DNA of 64,000 nucleotides from an uncultured Porphyromonadaceae bacterium (GTDB taxonomy: Bacteria; Bacteroidota; Bacteroidia; Bacteroidales; Muribaculaceae). The stretch is taken from the NCBI GenBank assembly GCA_902493335.1, contig CABUPJ010000002.1:4074-68073 (forward strand). Direction: 5' to 3'. The translations under genes and the position numbers were made by a program. This document shows, piece by piece, positions 49,965 through 61,772 of the stretch (the first letter of the stretch is position 1; the number at the start of each line of letters is the position of its first letter). Under the pieces are notes generated by a model that was not told the DNA's origin, did no database searches, and saw only the letters and a program-made list of their open reading frames with translations.

Positions 49965-50855
49965 TCAGTCTCTGACCTGACCGCCGACGATGTCGAGCAG
50001 TTCGCTGGTGATGCTTTGCTGACGCAGTTTGTTATATTCAAGTTGAAGTTGTTCGAGGAGCTTTTTGGCGTTGTCGTTGGCGCTTTGCATGGCCATGACA
50101 CGAGCCGCCTGCTCTGACGCACGGTTTTCAGCGAAGATCTCCTGCATTGTCGACAGAAGGAAAAGCGGAAGAACCGTACTGAAGATTGTCTGCGGATCGG
50201 GCTCGAAAAGATAGGGCCTCGAAGCGCCTTTATCGCCTCCGTCCGCGCTTAAATCAGCGCTGTCGACGGGGAGGAAAGTGATATTGGTCAGACGCTGGCG
50301 TCCGGCCGAATGATAATGGACATAAATCACCTCGACACGGTCGGTCGCACCCGTGACATAAGCATCGCTGAGCGCCGCCATGAAGTCTCTGACGCTGCGG
50401 CCCTCGCTTTTCGAGGTAACGGCGATGTCTTTGACTATATAGACACCTTTGCGGTCGATTTTAGTGACTGCCTTGAGCATTTTTTTGCCTATGGGATAGA
50501 CGTCGACAGCAAGTCCGAGGCCATATCGTTCGCGTAGCTCGTCGATGCGTGCGACAAGCTGCTTGAAGATATTGGTGTTGTAAGCGCCGCAGAGGCCCTC
50601 GTCGCTGCCGAGAACGACGAGGCTGACGCGTTTTACTTCAAGATGAGACTCGACAAGAGGAGATGTGAAGTCGGCATCGGCGCTGAGCAGATTGCCCATT
50701 ATCGTCTCGATCTGATTGCGGAAAGGCACCAGACGCTTGAGCGCTCCCTCGGCCTTGTGCATCTTGGCCGACGAAATCATTTTCATGGCGCCGGTGATTT
50801 TCTCTGACGAGGCCACCGACCCGATGCGTCCCTTTAACTCTCTTAATGTTGCCAT
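49965..50855 (-). CDS. atpG: ATP synthase F1 gamma
   Basis: KITGAMKMIS, GLCG.YN, SEQAARVMAM, RQQSITSEL. Confidence 0.95.
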   Translation of the reverse strand: MATLRELKGRIGSVASSEKITGAMKMISSAKMHKAEGALKRLVPFRNQIETIMGNLLSADADFTSPLVESHLEVKRVSLVVLGSDEGLCGAYNTNIFKQLVARIDELRERYGLGLAVDVYPIGKKMLKAVTKIDRKGVYIVKDIAVTSKSEGRSVRDFMAALSDAYVTGATDRVEVIYVHYHSAGRQRLTNITFLPVDSADLSADGGDKGASRPYLFEPDPQTIFSTVLPLFLLSTMQEIFAENRASEQAARVMAMQSANDNAKKLLEQLQLEYNKLRQQSITSELLDIVGGQVRD

Positions 50856-50889
50856 CTTGTTGTATTGAAAATATTCTGAAGATTATGTT

Positions 50890-52461
50890 TTAGAACTGAC
50901 CTGCCACCTGTGCTGCCGCTTCGTTGATCTTCGATGTGACATCGTCGGTGAGCTTGCCCTGCCCTATCGGGGTCAGAACGGTATCTTTATATTTGGCGTC
51001 GAGAAGCTGTATGAACTGTTTCTCGAACTCGGCCACCTTGTCGAGAGGAACATTTTCGAGAAGGCCGTTGACACCGCAATAGATGATGGCGACCTCGTGT
51101 TCAACCGACATGGGATGATACTGGGGCTGGATGAGCAGACGCTCGTTCTTGCGGCCCTTGTCGATGACGCGGGCTGTGACGGGGTCGATGTCGCCGCCGA
51201 ATTTGGTGAACGACTCGAGCTCGCGGAACTGTGCCTGATCAATCTTGAGCGTACCGGCAACCTTCTTCATCGACTTAATCTGGGCGTTACCGCCGACACG
51301 CGACACCGAGATACCGACATTGATAGCCGGACGGATACCGCGGTTGAACAGAGCCGTCTCAAGGAATATCTGACCGTCGGTAATCGAAATAACGTTGGTC
51401 GGGATATAAGCCGAGACGTCGCCGGCCTGAGTCTCGATGATAGGAAGCGCCGTGAGCGAGCCACCGCCTTTGACCATGGGTTTGAGAGCCTCGGGGAGGT
51501 CGTTCATCTTGGCTGCAATCTCCTGGTTGTCGATGATTTTAGCCGCACGCTCAAGCAGGCGCGAATGGAGATAGAAGATATCGCCGGGATAAGCCTCGCG
51601 ACCCGAGGGGCGCTTGAGGATAAGCGAAATCTCACGGTAGGCGACGGCCTGTTTCGAGAGGTCGTCATAGATGATGAGGGCGTCGCGGCCGGTGTCTCTG
51701 AAGAACTCACCGATGGCTACGCCGGCGAAAGGCGAATAATAGCGCATCGCTGCCGAGTCTGCGGCGGTAGCAGACACCACCACGGTATAGTCGAGTGCGC
51801 CGTGCTTGCGGAGTGTCTCGACCGTAGCGGCTACAGACGATGCTTTCTGTCCGATTGCGACATAGACGCAATAGACGGGCTTGCCGGCTTCGAAACACTG
51901 ACGCTGGTTGATGATGGTGTCAATGGCGATGGCAGTCTTGCCGATCTGACGGTCCCCGATTATAAGCTCGCGCTGACCGCGGCCAATGGGCACCATAGAG
52001 TCGACAGCCTTTATACCGGTCTGAAGCGGCTGCTTGACGGGCTGGCGGTAGATGACACCGGGAGCCTTGCGTTCGAGGGGAAGGTTGATGAGGTCGCCCT
52101 TGATCGGTCCGTTGCCGTCGATAGGTTCGCCAAGCACATTGATGACGCGTCCGAGGAGACCTTCGCCGACGGGAATAGAGGCGATTTCGCCGGTGCGCTT
52201 GACAGTCATGCCCTCAGAGACTTTATTGACGTTGTTTAGAAGGATGACGCCGACATTGCTCTCTTCGAGGTTGAGAGCGACGCCCTTGACACCGTTTTCA
52301 AACTCGACCAGTTCGTTGGCGCAGACATTGTCAAGGCCATACACGTGGCAGACGCCGTCGCCGACTTCGAGCACAGAGCCTACTTCTTCAAAAGAGACTT
52401 TTGAATTAATACTCTCAAGTTGTTGTTTTAAGACTTCAGAGATCTCGCTTGGATTAATCAT
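50890..52461 (-). CDS. atpA: ATP synthase F1 alpha
   Basis: [29 protein letters not shown]. Confidence 0.97.
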   Translation of the reverse strand: MINPSEISEVLKQQLESINSKVSFEEVGSVLEVGDGVCHVYGLDNVCANELVEFENGVKGVALNLEESNVGVILLNNVNKVSEGMTVKRTGEIASIPVGEGLLGRVINVLGEPIDGNGPIKGDLINLPLERKAPGVIYRQPVKQPLQTGIKAVDSMVPIGRGQRELIIGDRQIGKTAIAIDTIINQRQCFEAGKPVYCVYVAIGQKASSVAATVETLRKHGALDYTVVVSATAADSAAMRYYSPFAGVAIGEFFRDTGRDALIIYDDLSKQAVAYREISLILKRPSGREAYPGDIFYLHSRLLERAAKIIDNQEIAAKMNDLPEALKPMVKGGGSLTALPIIETQAGDVSAYIPTNVISITDGQIFLETALFNRGIRPAINVGISVSRVGGNAQIKSMKKVAGTLKIDQAQFRELESFTKFGGDIDPVTARVIDKGRKNERLLIQPQYHPMSVEHEVAIIYCGVNGLLENVPLDKVAEFEKQFIQLLDAKYKDTVLTPIGQGKLTDDVTSKINEAAAQVAGQF

Positions 52462-52488
52462 TGTTATGCTTTGGTAAAGATTTTCAAA

Positions 52489-53031
52489 TTAATTAAGGAG
52501 CGCCAGGCGCAGCTGTTTGAGTTGATTTTTGACAGAGGCGTCAAGACGCCGGTTGTCGATATTGACGGTAAAGCCGCCGATGAGCGACGGATCGACAGTC
52601 GAGGAATATTCCATTTTGCCACCGTCAAGACGGGCCTGAATCAGCTTTTTGAGGCGCTCTTCTTCCGATGGATCCAATTTGCCGGCAGATACCACATCGA
52701 CACGATAAATATTATTCTGACGGCGATAGATAGCCCTGTAGTCGCGGGCGACAGCAGCGGCAAAACCGATTCGTCCGTTGTCGGCGAGCAATTTCAGGAA
52801 ATCGCAGTATGTGCGGTCCTTGTCAGTGGCGCCTGCAGCAGTCATCAGCAGGCTGAGTTTGTCGCTGTCGGAGACAAAAGGATTGGCGACAGTCTGCTGA
52901 AAGGCCGGCTCGGCCGCAAAGGCGTCGGTCAGACGACCGCAAAGGTCATAAAGCGCCTTGTCTTCGCCGCGTTCGACGGCGACTTTATAAAGCGCTTTGG
53001 CATATCGGTGTGGTATAAGTCCTTCGTTCAT
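52489..53031 (-). CDS. atpH: ATP synthase F1 delta
   Basis: RYAKALY, VDPSLIGG, LDASV. Confidence 0.92.
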   Translation of the reverse strand: MNEGLIPHRYAKALYKVAVERGEDKALYDLCGRLTDAFAAEPAFQQTVANPFVSDSDKLSLLMTAAGATDKDRTYCDFLKLLADNGRIGFAAAVARDYRAIYRRQNNIYRVDVVSAGKLDPSEEERLKKLIQARLDGGKMEYSSTVDPSLIGGFTVNIDNRRLDASVKNQLKQLRLALLN

Positions 53032-53036
53032 TAAGC

Positions 53037-53534
53037 TTAGTTTTTATCGGCCATCTCGTCAAGGAGCGTGTCGACGAGTTTTGACTGCGCCTTGGTGTCG
53101 GCCATCTGGTTCTTGACTACTTTCTCGGCAATCTGGAGAGCGAAGTCGCTGACCTGATTGCGGAACTGATGCTGAGCCTCTTTCTGCTGCTGTTCAATCT
53201 GAACTTTAGCTGCGTCCATCACTTTCTGGGCCTCGACCTGGGCGGCGCTGCGCGCCTCCTCGATGATCTGGGTCTTGATGCGGTCGGCATCGCGAAGCAT
53301 GTCGGCCTGCTGACGACGGGCGTCGGCTATATACTGATCGGCATTCTTTTTGGCTTCGTCAAGCTGCTGCTTAGCGTTCTGGGCATACTCCACACCTTTA
53401 TCGATAAGATCGGCCCGGCTGTCAACAGTCTTTAAAATGACCGGCCACGCAAATTTCCACAGGATGAAAAAAAGCACGGCAAAGGATATGAACATCCAGA
53501 ATATCAAGCCGAAGTCAGGCGTGAAAAGATCCAT
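53037..53534 (-). CDS. atpF: ATP synthase F0 subunit b
   Basis: N-terminal TM helix (LWKFAWP) plus coiled coil. Confidence 0.92.
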   Translation of the reverse strand: MDLFTPDFGLIFWMFISFAVLFFILWKFAWPVILKTVDSRADLIDKGVEYAQNAKQQLDEAKKNADQYIADARRQQADMLRDADRIKTQIIEEARSAAQVEAQKVMDAAKVQIEQQQKEAQHQFRNQVSDFALQIAEKVVKNQMADTKAQSKLVDTLLDEMADKN

Positions 53535-53551
53535 TTGTTTTTAATTTGAGA

Positions 53552-53833
<282 letters not shown>

Positions 53834-54970
53834 CTATTTCTGTGTTGCGGCAAGCTGTGCTGCCTCTGTCTTATTTTCTTTTTCCTCGCGGGCCTCGACT
53901 TTCTTCTCGTGATGCTCTTCCTTTGCCTGCGCCAAAGAAATAAAGATGGTCGAAAGCATTGTGAAGACATAAGCCTGGATAAAGCTGACCAGAACGTCAA
54001 TGAGGAGCATGAATATCGAGAAGAGTACCGACACCACTGTTGTCGCACCTCCGGCGACCGGATTGACCGCGGCGAAGATAAAAATGAGGAGCGTCAGCAC
54101 AATGACTATCATATGTCCGCCCATCATGTTTGCGAAGAGACGCACTGTGAGAGCCGCCGGCTTTGTGAACATGCCGAATATCTCGATGGCGGGCATAATC
54201 GGCAGGGGGAATTTAAGCCAAAGGGGCACATCGGGCCAGAAGATTTCTTTCCAGTAATGCTTTGTGGCAAATAGGTTTGTCACAAGGAAAGTGATAATCG
54301 AGAGCACGAGGGTCACGGCGATATTGCCTGTCAGATTCGCGCCACCGGGGAAGACCACCATAAGTCCCATCAGGTTCATCGTGAAGATGAAGAAAAACAC
54401 CGTGAGGAGATATGGCGCAAATTTCTTGGCCTTGTCGCCGAGAGTCTCCTTGACTACCGAGTCATATATGAAGACAATGAGCGACTCTATCGCACCGAGG
54501 CCTTTGCGGGGAGCCTTATAGGCGTTGCGACGATGAAAACGGGCAACGGCAAACATCATGGCTAAGACGACAAAGACGGTGATAAAGACAGCGCAGACAT
54601 TTTTTGTAATCGAAAGGTCAACCGGCTTTTCTTCATGGCCGTCGACTATTTCGACAATTTTGCCTTTGTATTTGCTGTCATGGCCTGCAATTTTAAATTC
54701 GGCGTTGCCATCGACATATGTATTGCCGTCGGCAATGCGCGACGACGAGAATATATGCAGACCGTCTTCGCCGATGACTATGCAGGGCAACGGGATGCGT
54801 TTGTGGTGGTTGAAGGGAACCTCCCAGCCGTAACCGTCTCCGAGATGCTCGAAGATGATTTCTTTAGGATCGAGTTTCCCGTCATGATCTCCGGCTTCGG
54901 ATGCCGCAGTGACAGGCGCTACGGCAAAGGCCAGAATCATGACTGCTATGATCGACAGGAGTTTCTTCAT
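53834..54970 (-). CDS. atpB: ATP synthase F0 subunit a (Bacteroidetes long form)
   Basis: LTVRLFANM (essential Arg), IQAYVFTMLS. Confidence 0.93.
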   Translation of the reverse strand: MKKLLSIIAVMILAFAVAPVTAASEAGDHDGKLDPKEIIFEHLGDGYGWEVPFNHHKRIPLPCIVIGEDGLHIFSSSRIADGNTYVDGNAEFKIAGHDSKYKGKIVEIVDGHEEKPVDLSITKNVCAVFITVFVVLAMMFAVARFHRRNAYKAPRKGLGAIESLIVFIYDSVVKETLGDKAKKFAPYLLTVFFFIFTMNLMGLMVVFPGGANLTGNIAVTLVLSIITFLVTNLFATKHYWKEIFWPDVPLWLKFPLPIMPAIEIFGMFTKPAALTVRLFANMMGGHMIVIVLTLLIFIFAAVNPVAGGATTVVSVLFSIFMLLIDVLVSFIQAYVFTMLSTIFISLAQAKEEHHEKKVEAREEKENKTEAAQLAATQK

Positions 54971-54974
54971 AATC

Positions 54975-55220
54975 TCAGTAGAGGCAAACAGATACTACAT
55001 TATTGTCGACGTCGGCGACACCGCCCTCGATATCAATCTCGCGGGCATCGTGCTCGGCTTCACCGGCGGGGATATAGGTGATTTTTCCCGGTGCGAGCGT
55101 CGATATCAGCGACGCATGATTTTTAAGCACCGTAAAGGCGCCCATTGTGCCGGGCAGCGTCACGGAGGTGATTTCACCCTCGAAGACAATCTCGACTGCC
55201 GAAATAATTTTAAGTATCAT
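54975..55220 (-). CDS. atpC: ATP synthase F1 epsilon, beta-sandwich domain only
   Basis: LPG..G.F.VL.NHA.LIS.L, GG.A.V. Confidence 0.9.
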   Translation of the reverse strand: MILKIISAVEIVFEGEITSVTLPGTMGAFTVLKNHASLISTLAPGKITYIPAGEAEHDAREIDIEGGVADVDNNVVSVCLY

Positions 55221-55241
55221 GGTTATTGTTGATATGCTTTG

Positions 55242-56780
<1,539 letters not shown>

Positions 56781-56825
56781 TTATTATTGTTTCTGTTTCT
56801 CGGTATATTTAAGTGTATTATCTGA

Positions 56826-57902
56826 TCAGAAATGCCAGCCGAAGACGATGACACATGTCATCAGGGCAAGGTTGAAGAGACCGATGGGGAGAAGGTATTT
56901 CCATTCGAGTGAAAGCATCTGGTCGATACGGAGACGGGGGAATGTCCATTTGAACCAGATAATCACGAACGAAAGCAGGAAGGCTTTGCCAAGGAACCAA
57001 ATCACAGAGGGGATATAGTCCATGATATGGTTGAATGCTTCCCATCCGGGGATATGGAGGGGCATCCAGCCGCCAAGGAAGAGCAGCGATGCCACACCCG
57101 AGACGATAAAGAGGTTAAGATACTCGGCAAGGTAGAAGAAGCCGAAGTGTATACCAGAATACTCGGTGTGATAACCTGCTGTAAGCTCACTCTCGGCCTC
57201 GGGAAGGTCGAACGGGCCGCGGTTACACTCGGCAGTGCCGGCTATCATATATATGATGAACGCGATTATCGCGGGCACATGGCCTTTGAAGATGAACCAA
57301 AGATCTGACTGCTCGCTGACGATGCCGCCGACCGACATTGTGCCGGCGAGACATACCATTGTGATGACCGACAGGCCTACAGAGAGTTCGTAGCTCACCA
57401 TCTGGGCGCCAGAACGGAGAGCGCCGATGAGTGTAAACTTGTTGTTACTTGACCAACCGGCAAGCAGAATACCGAGAACGCCTATCGACGAAACGGCAAT
57501 AAGGAAGAAGATGCCGATATTGAAATCGATAATCTGAAGGCCGTTGCCCCAGGGAAGCACGGCGAAAGCGAGCATCGAGGCGATGATGACCAGATACGGA
57601 GCCAGAGCGAAGAGAAACTTATCGATGTTGTTGAGCTGAATGAGCTCTTTGATAAGAATCTTGAACATGTCGGCGAAGCTCTGGAGAAGACCCCACGGAC
57701 CTACACGGTTCGGGCCGAGACGGCACTGGAACGCGGCACACACCTTGCGTTCGTAATAGATATAGAACAAAGCCAGAAGTGCATATACCAGCAACAGGCC
57801 GACACCGATAAGTACACACTCGACAGTGACGGTCAGCCAGCCGGGAAGATATGTCAGCAGGAAGCTGTGGATTGCGTCTGTTATGATTGAAAAATCTTGC
57901 AT
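56826..57902 (-). CDS. nuoH: Complex I subunit H
   Basis: [39 protein letters not shown]. Confidence 0.95.
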   Translation of the reverse strand: MQDFSIITDAIHSFLLTYLPGWLTVTVECVLIGVGLLLVYALLALFYIYYERKVCAAFQCRLGPNRVGPWGLLQSFADMFKILIKELIQLNNIDKFLFALAPYLVIIASMLAFAVLPWGNGLQIIDFNIGIFFLIAVSSIGVLGILLAGWSSNNKFTLIGALRSGAQMVSYELSVGLSVITMVCLAGTMSVGGIVSEQSDLWFIFKGHVPAIIAFIIYMIAGTAECNRGPFDLPEAESELTAGYHTEYSGIHFGFFYLAEYLNLFIVSGVASLLFLGGWMPLHIPGWEAFNHIMDYIPSVIWFLGKAFLLSFVIIWFKWTFPRLRIDQMLSLEWKYLLPIGLFNLALMTCVIVFGWHF

Positions 57903-57940
57903 ATCTTTAAAATTACTATATTTACTATTCTGTCAAGTCT

Positions 57941-59569
57941 TTAACGGTCCATATCGGGTACGATGTAGTCAAGTGAGCCGCCGATTGTGATGAGGTCGGC
58001 GATTTTCGAGCCGCGCGTGATATGGTCGACCACACCTGCGAGAGGCAGACACGGAGGTGCTATCTTCAGACGGTAGGGTTTGGTAGAGCCGTCGCTCTCG
58101 AGATAGATGCCGAAAGCGCCGCGGCAGCCTTCGACAAGCTCGAACCAGTGTCCTGCGGGCAGCTTTAACAACTTGGGCACTTTGACGCAATATTCGCCGT
58201 CAGGAATGTTGTCGACGAGCTGTGCGAGAATCTTGGCGGATTCTTCCATTTCCCGTATACGCACCTTGAAACGTGCCATAGAGTCGCCTTCGGTCGCTGT
58301 CACTTCCTCGAAGTCGAGTTCCGAATAGATGCTGTAAGGACGAAGTTTACGCATGTCGCAAGCCCAGTCAGAAGCACGTCCCGAGGGGCCTGTGACGGCA
58401 TAGCTGATGGCATCTTCGCGCGAGAGCACGCCGACGCCTTCCATGCGGTTCCTGGCAATGACGTTGCCGGTGAATATCTTGTTGTATTCTTTGATGTTTG
58501 CGGGGAGGACGGCAAGAAGAGCCTTGACGTCGTCGGCGAAGTCGGGAGCGAGATCCTGCATGACGCCGCCGATGCAGTCATAGTTGAATGTCATTCGCGC
58601 ACCGCATGTCTTCTCCATGATGTCGAGAATCTGCTCACGGACGCGAAGCGTATAGAAGAGCATCGTCGTAGCACCGAGGTCCATGCAGTATGTGCCGATA
58701 AAGAGACAGTGAGAGGCGATGCGCGAGAGCTCGTCCATCATGACTCTTATGACCTGGGCGCGGCGAGAGATTTCGATGCCGGCTGCTTTCTCGATGACCA
58801 TGCAGAGGCCATGGTGGTAGTTGTGCGCCGAGAAGTAGTCGAGACGGTCCATATAATGGAGAGTCTGGGGATATGTAAGCGATTCGCAGAGTTTTTCGAC
58901 GCCGCGGTGGATATATCCCATGTAGACATCGATTTTCTTAATGGTCTCGCCGTCGACAGCCGTGCGGAAACGGAGGACACCGTGAGTCGCGGGATGCTGC
59001 GGGCCGATATTGACGACAAAATCGCCGGGATGGAAGACTTCGACTTCTTTTTTCTCGACAGTGCCGTCGGGCAGTTCGATATAAGTGTCGGTCAAGTCGC
59101 TCTGACGTTCGTTCTCAGTCGAGACGGGGTTGAGAGCCGGATCATCGTCATAGTCTTTGCGGAGGGGGAAGCCTTTCCAGTCGATGCTGAGGAACAGGCG
59201 GCGCATATCGGGATTGCCGATGAATATGATGCCGAAAAAGTCATAGACTTCACGTTCATAAAGACAACCGACGCCCCACAGGTCGGCGACCGAGTGCAGC
59301 ATCGGTTTCTCGCGGTCAGATGTCTTCACCGTCACGGCAACAATCTGATTGTATTTAGTCGACATCAGGTAATAGATGCATCCGAGAGCATCTTTCCAGT
59401 CCATGCCGACGATTGTGACGAGATAGTCCATGCGGATGTCTTCGTCGTCGCGGAGAGTCTTGGCGGCCTGATGCCACTGAGCGTCGGCGATTTCGATTTC
59501 AATGATGCCGTTTGCGGCTTCAGTCGCCTGAGGGAACAGCTTGGCAATCTTGTCGTTTAACTTTGACAT
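57941..59569 (-). CDS. nuoCD: Complex I fused subunit C/D
   Basis: EREVYDFFGI..G.P...FPLRKD (C part) and GPQHPATHGVLR, HRGVEK, RLDY (D part). Confidence 0.93.
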   Translation of the reverse strand: MSKLNDKIAKLFPQATEAANGIIEIEIADAQWHQAAKTLRDDEDIRMDYLVTIVGMDWKDALGCIYYLMSTKYNQIVAVTVKTSDREKPMLHSVADLWGVGCLYEREVYDFFGIIFIGNPDMRRLFLSIDWKGFPLRKDYDDDPALNPVSTENERQSDLTDTYIELPDGTVEKKEVEVFHPGDFVVNIGPQHPATHGVLRFRTAVDGETIKKIDVYMGYIHRGVEKLCESLTYPQTLHYMDRLDYFSAHNYHHGLCMVIEKAAGIEISRRAQVIRVMMDELSRIASHCLFIGTYCMDLGATTMLFYTLRVREQILDIMEKTCGARMTFNYDCIGGVMQDLAPDFADDVKALLAVLPANIKEYNKIFTGNVIARNRMEGVGVLSREDAISYAVTGPSGRASDWACDMRKLRPYSIYSELDFEEVTATEGDSMARFKVRIREMEESAKILAQLVDNIPDGEYCVKVPKLLKLPAGHWFELVEGCRGAFGIYLESDGSTKPYRLKIAPPCLPLAGVVDHITRGSKIADLITIGGSLDYIVPDMDR

Positions 59570-59625
59570 ATTTATGATTGGTCTTTCGGTTTTACTTGTT
59601 GATTTAAGAATATATCGGTTGAGCC

Positions 59626-60234
59626 TCAGTCGTCGACACCTTCGACGGGATGTTCGGCGAGGAACTGTTTCTGTTTTTCCTGACGGTTAACGCCGCCGAA
59701 GAATTTTTCAACCTTGATTTTTCTTGAAAGCTGCATGATGCCGTAAATCATAGCTTCGGGGCGGGGAGGACAGCCCGGGACAAAGACGTCGACGGGGACG
59801 ATATCCTCAATGCCCTTTGCCACATGATAGCTGCGGCGGAACGGGCCGCCCGAGATAGCGCAGCTACCGCAGGCGATGACATACTTGGGCTCGGCGAGCT
59901 GGTCATACAGACGACGGAAGACGGGCACCATGCGGTTGACGATAGTGCCGGCGACCATCATGAAGTCGGCCTGACGGGGCGAGGCACGCGCTACTTCCCA
60001 GCCAAAGCGCGCCATGTCGAAACGGGCAGCGCCGAGCGACACGAATTCGATGCCGCAACAACTGGTGGCGAAAGTGAGTGGCCAGAGTGAGTTAGACCGC
60101 CCCCAGTTGATAAGTTTGTCGAGTGAGCCGACGATAACGTTCGTACCGCTGGCTTTCAGCTCGTCGACGAGTTTTTCGATATACTCGTTATCTTTAAATG
60201 CCTCGTAGGGCATGCTTTTCGTTGTTACTTCCAT
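59626..60234 (-). CDS. nuoB: Complex I subunit B
   Basis: SCCGIE, SPRQAD, GSCAISGG, PGCPPRPE. Confidence 0.95.
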   Translation of the reverse strand: MEVTTKSMPYEAFKDNEYIEKLVDELKASGTNVIVGSLDKLINWGRSNSLWPLTFATSCCGIEFVSLGAARFDMARFGWEVARASPRQADFMMVAGTIVNRMVPVFRRLYDQLAEPKYVIACGSCAISGGPFRRSYHVAKGIEDIVPVDVFVPGCPPRPEAMIYGIMQLSRKIKVEKFFGGVNRQEKQKQFLAEHPVEGVDD

Positions 60235-60605
60235 TCAAGAGCTCCTTTCCGCCAGGCATAGATGAGACCCAGCACCAAGACACCGAAAAAGACAGCGATG
60301 CTGATCAGTCCCTGCACACCGAGCTCGCGCATTCTGACGGCCCAGGGATAAAGGAACACTGTTTCGACGTCGAACATAAGAAAAAGAATAGCAAACAGAT
60401 AGTAGCCTACCTTAAATTGCGACATACTCTCGCCGCGAGTAGGGATACCGCACTCATAGGCCTCACCTTTCTGAGGATTGAACGACCTCGGTGAAATCAG
60501 GCCGGCGATCCACATGGCGAGCGCCACGAGCGCAAAGCCGGTCAGCAAGGCTGTCACGGCAAGCAGCCCGTTGTTTGTGATTCCGAAAATGTCTAATGTT
60601 ATCAT
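60225..60605 (-). CDS. nuoA: Complex I subunit A
   Basis: YECG, FLMFDVE..FLYPWA, W.KGALEW. Confidence 0.94.
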   Translation of the reverse strand: MITLDIFGITNNGLLAVTALLTGFALVALAMWIAGLISPRSFNPQKGEAYECGIPTRGESMSQFKVGYYLFAILFLMFDVETVFLYPWAVRMRELGVQGLISIAVFFGVLVLGLIYAWRKGALEWK

Positions 60606-60693
60606 ATTGCTTTACAGTAGTTTTTACAACATAACATATTGAAAGCCACCACAGCGAGCGCTTCGACACAAGCCGGGTTGCCTTAACTAAGCG

Positions 60694-60701
60694 CAAAGAT
60701 A
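60694..60701 (-). promoter_or_regulatory. sigma70-type -7 promoter element upstream of nuoA
   Basis: TATCTTTG on the minus strand, about 90 bp upstream of nuoA. Confidence 0.55.
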
Positions 60702-60836
60702 GTTATTTTTTCGCAAAAAGCACCAACGGCATTTAACTTTTTGTGACACATTTTTCTCCAAATAAGACGAACCGACAAAAGAAAACGCCGATATAGCTAT
60801 ATCGACGTTTCTGTTAAATTTTATCGGCATGACATA

Positions 60837-61679
60837 TCAGCCTCTGTCAGTATCGGCCACCACTTTATATGGTTCACCGTTGTAACCGCATGTAAACTCG
60901 AGGTCAAAACCTGTGGCGAAATCGAGTGTGCCCTTTAGATTCGTAATCGGGAAACGCGGGAATGGAGTTCCGCCGAACGAAGGCGTCAGACTTGCGACGC
61001 TGAAGACATATCTGTCACCGTTCATCGTATAGGGCACGGCGTCAAACGCGAGATTCAGCTTTGGCATGCCGTCGATGAAGCTGGCTCCGAAAAGCTGGAT
61101 ATCTGCTGTCGAGGTCGAACTGTGCAAGGTGACGACATATTTGATATCATCGTTGGTAAATGTAGCGCCACCGGGGGCAGTCGTAATGGTAGAACCCTTA
61201 TAAACAGGGCCATATACACGCGTACTGCCGTTAATCTCGAAATCATAGAAAAAACCGGGCGTGTAGCCTCCCTGGCTCGAATAGAGATCTTTGATGGCAA
61301 TATCGAATGTCTCGAACATTGGAATATTGCCGAAGCCCTCGACAGTCGGCATCACGCTATACGCCTCGGTCAGCTTCCAGTAATCCTTGGTTCTCCACGA
61401 CAGTCCTTTAAAAGTCATGAGAGGCAGCTGGCTTCCGTCGGCCAGTTTCATGCCTAAAATCTGGACGTCGGATGTATTGTTGTCGTAATCATAAACCAAT
61501 GCAAAAGACAGATCACAGAACGAAACCGAGCCCGGATTATCGAGAGATTCGACTACCGACGTCATGTTGGATATGGTCTGGCCGGTCAGGGCGTTGTTAT
61601 TATCGTCGCTGTTACATGACGTGAACGTCACTGTCGATGTCAAAGCCGCGACAAGGCTAAGGATGGTTAGTTTTTTCAT
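60837..61679 (-). CDS. Hypothetical lipoprotein (beta-rich)
   Basis: Lipobox FTSC followed by NSDD. Confidence 0.75.
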   Translation of the reverse strand: MKKLTILSLVAALTSTVTFTSCNSDDNNNALTGQTISNMTSVVESLDNPGSVSFCDLSFALVYDYDNNTSDVQILGMKLADGSQLPLMTFKGLSWRTKDYWKLTEAYSVMPTVEGFGNIPMFETFDIAIKDLYSSQGGYTPGFFYDFEINGSTRVYGPVYKGSTITTAPGGATFTNDDIKYVVTLHSSTSTADIQLFGASFIDGMPKLNLAFDAVPYTMNGDRYVFSVASLTPSFGGTPFPRFPITNLKGTLDFATGFDLEFTCGYNGEPYKVVADTDRG

Positions 61680-61772
61680 CTTATTATTAATGTAATCTTA
61701 TTTCTGATACAAAAATAAGCATTAGTATCTGTTCGTCATGCAGGGATATCAATAATTTATAATAATTTAATG

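Noticed and set aside
54975..55220. Short epsilon subunit as a pseudogene
   Set aside because: Epsilon lacking the C-terminal helices is normal in Bacteroidales
57941..59569. NuoCD as a group 4 [NiFe]-hydrogenase large subunit
   Set aside because: No N- or C-terminal CxxC Ni ligands; quinone-site motifs (HPATHG, RLDY) are present
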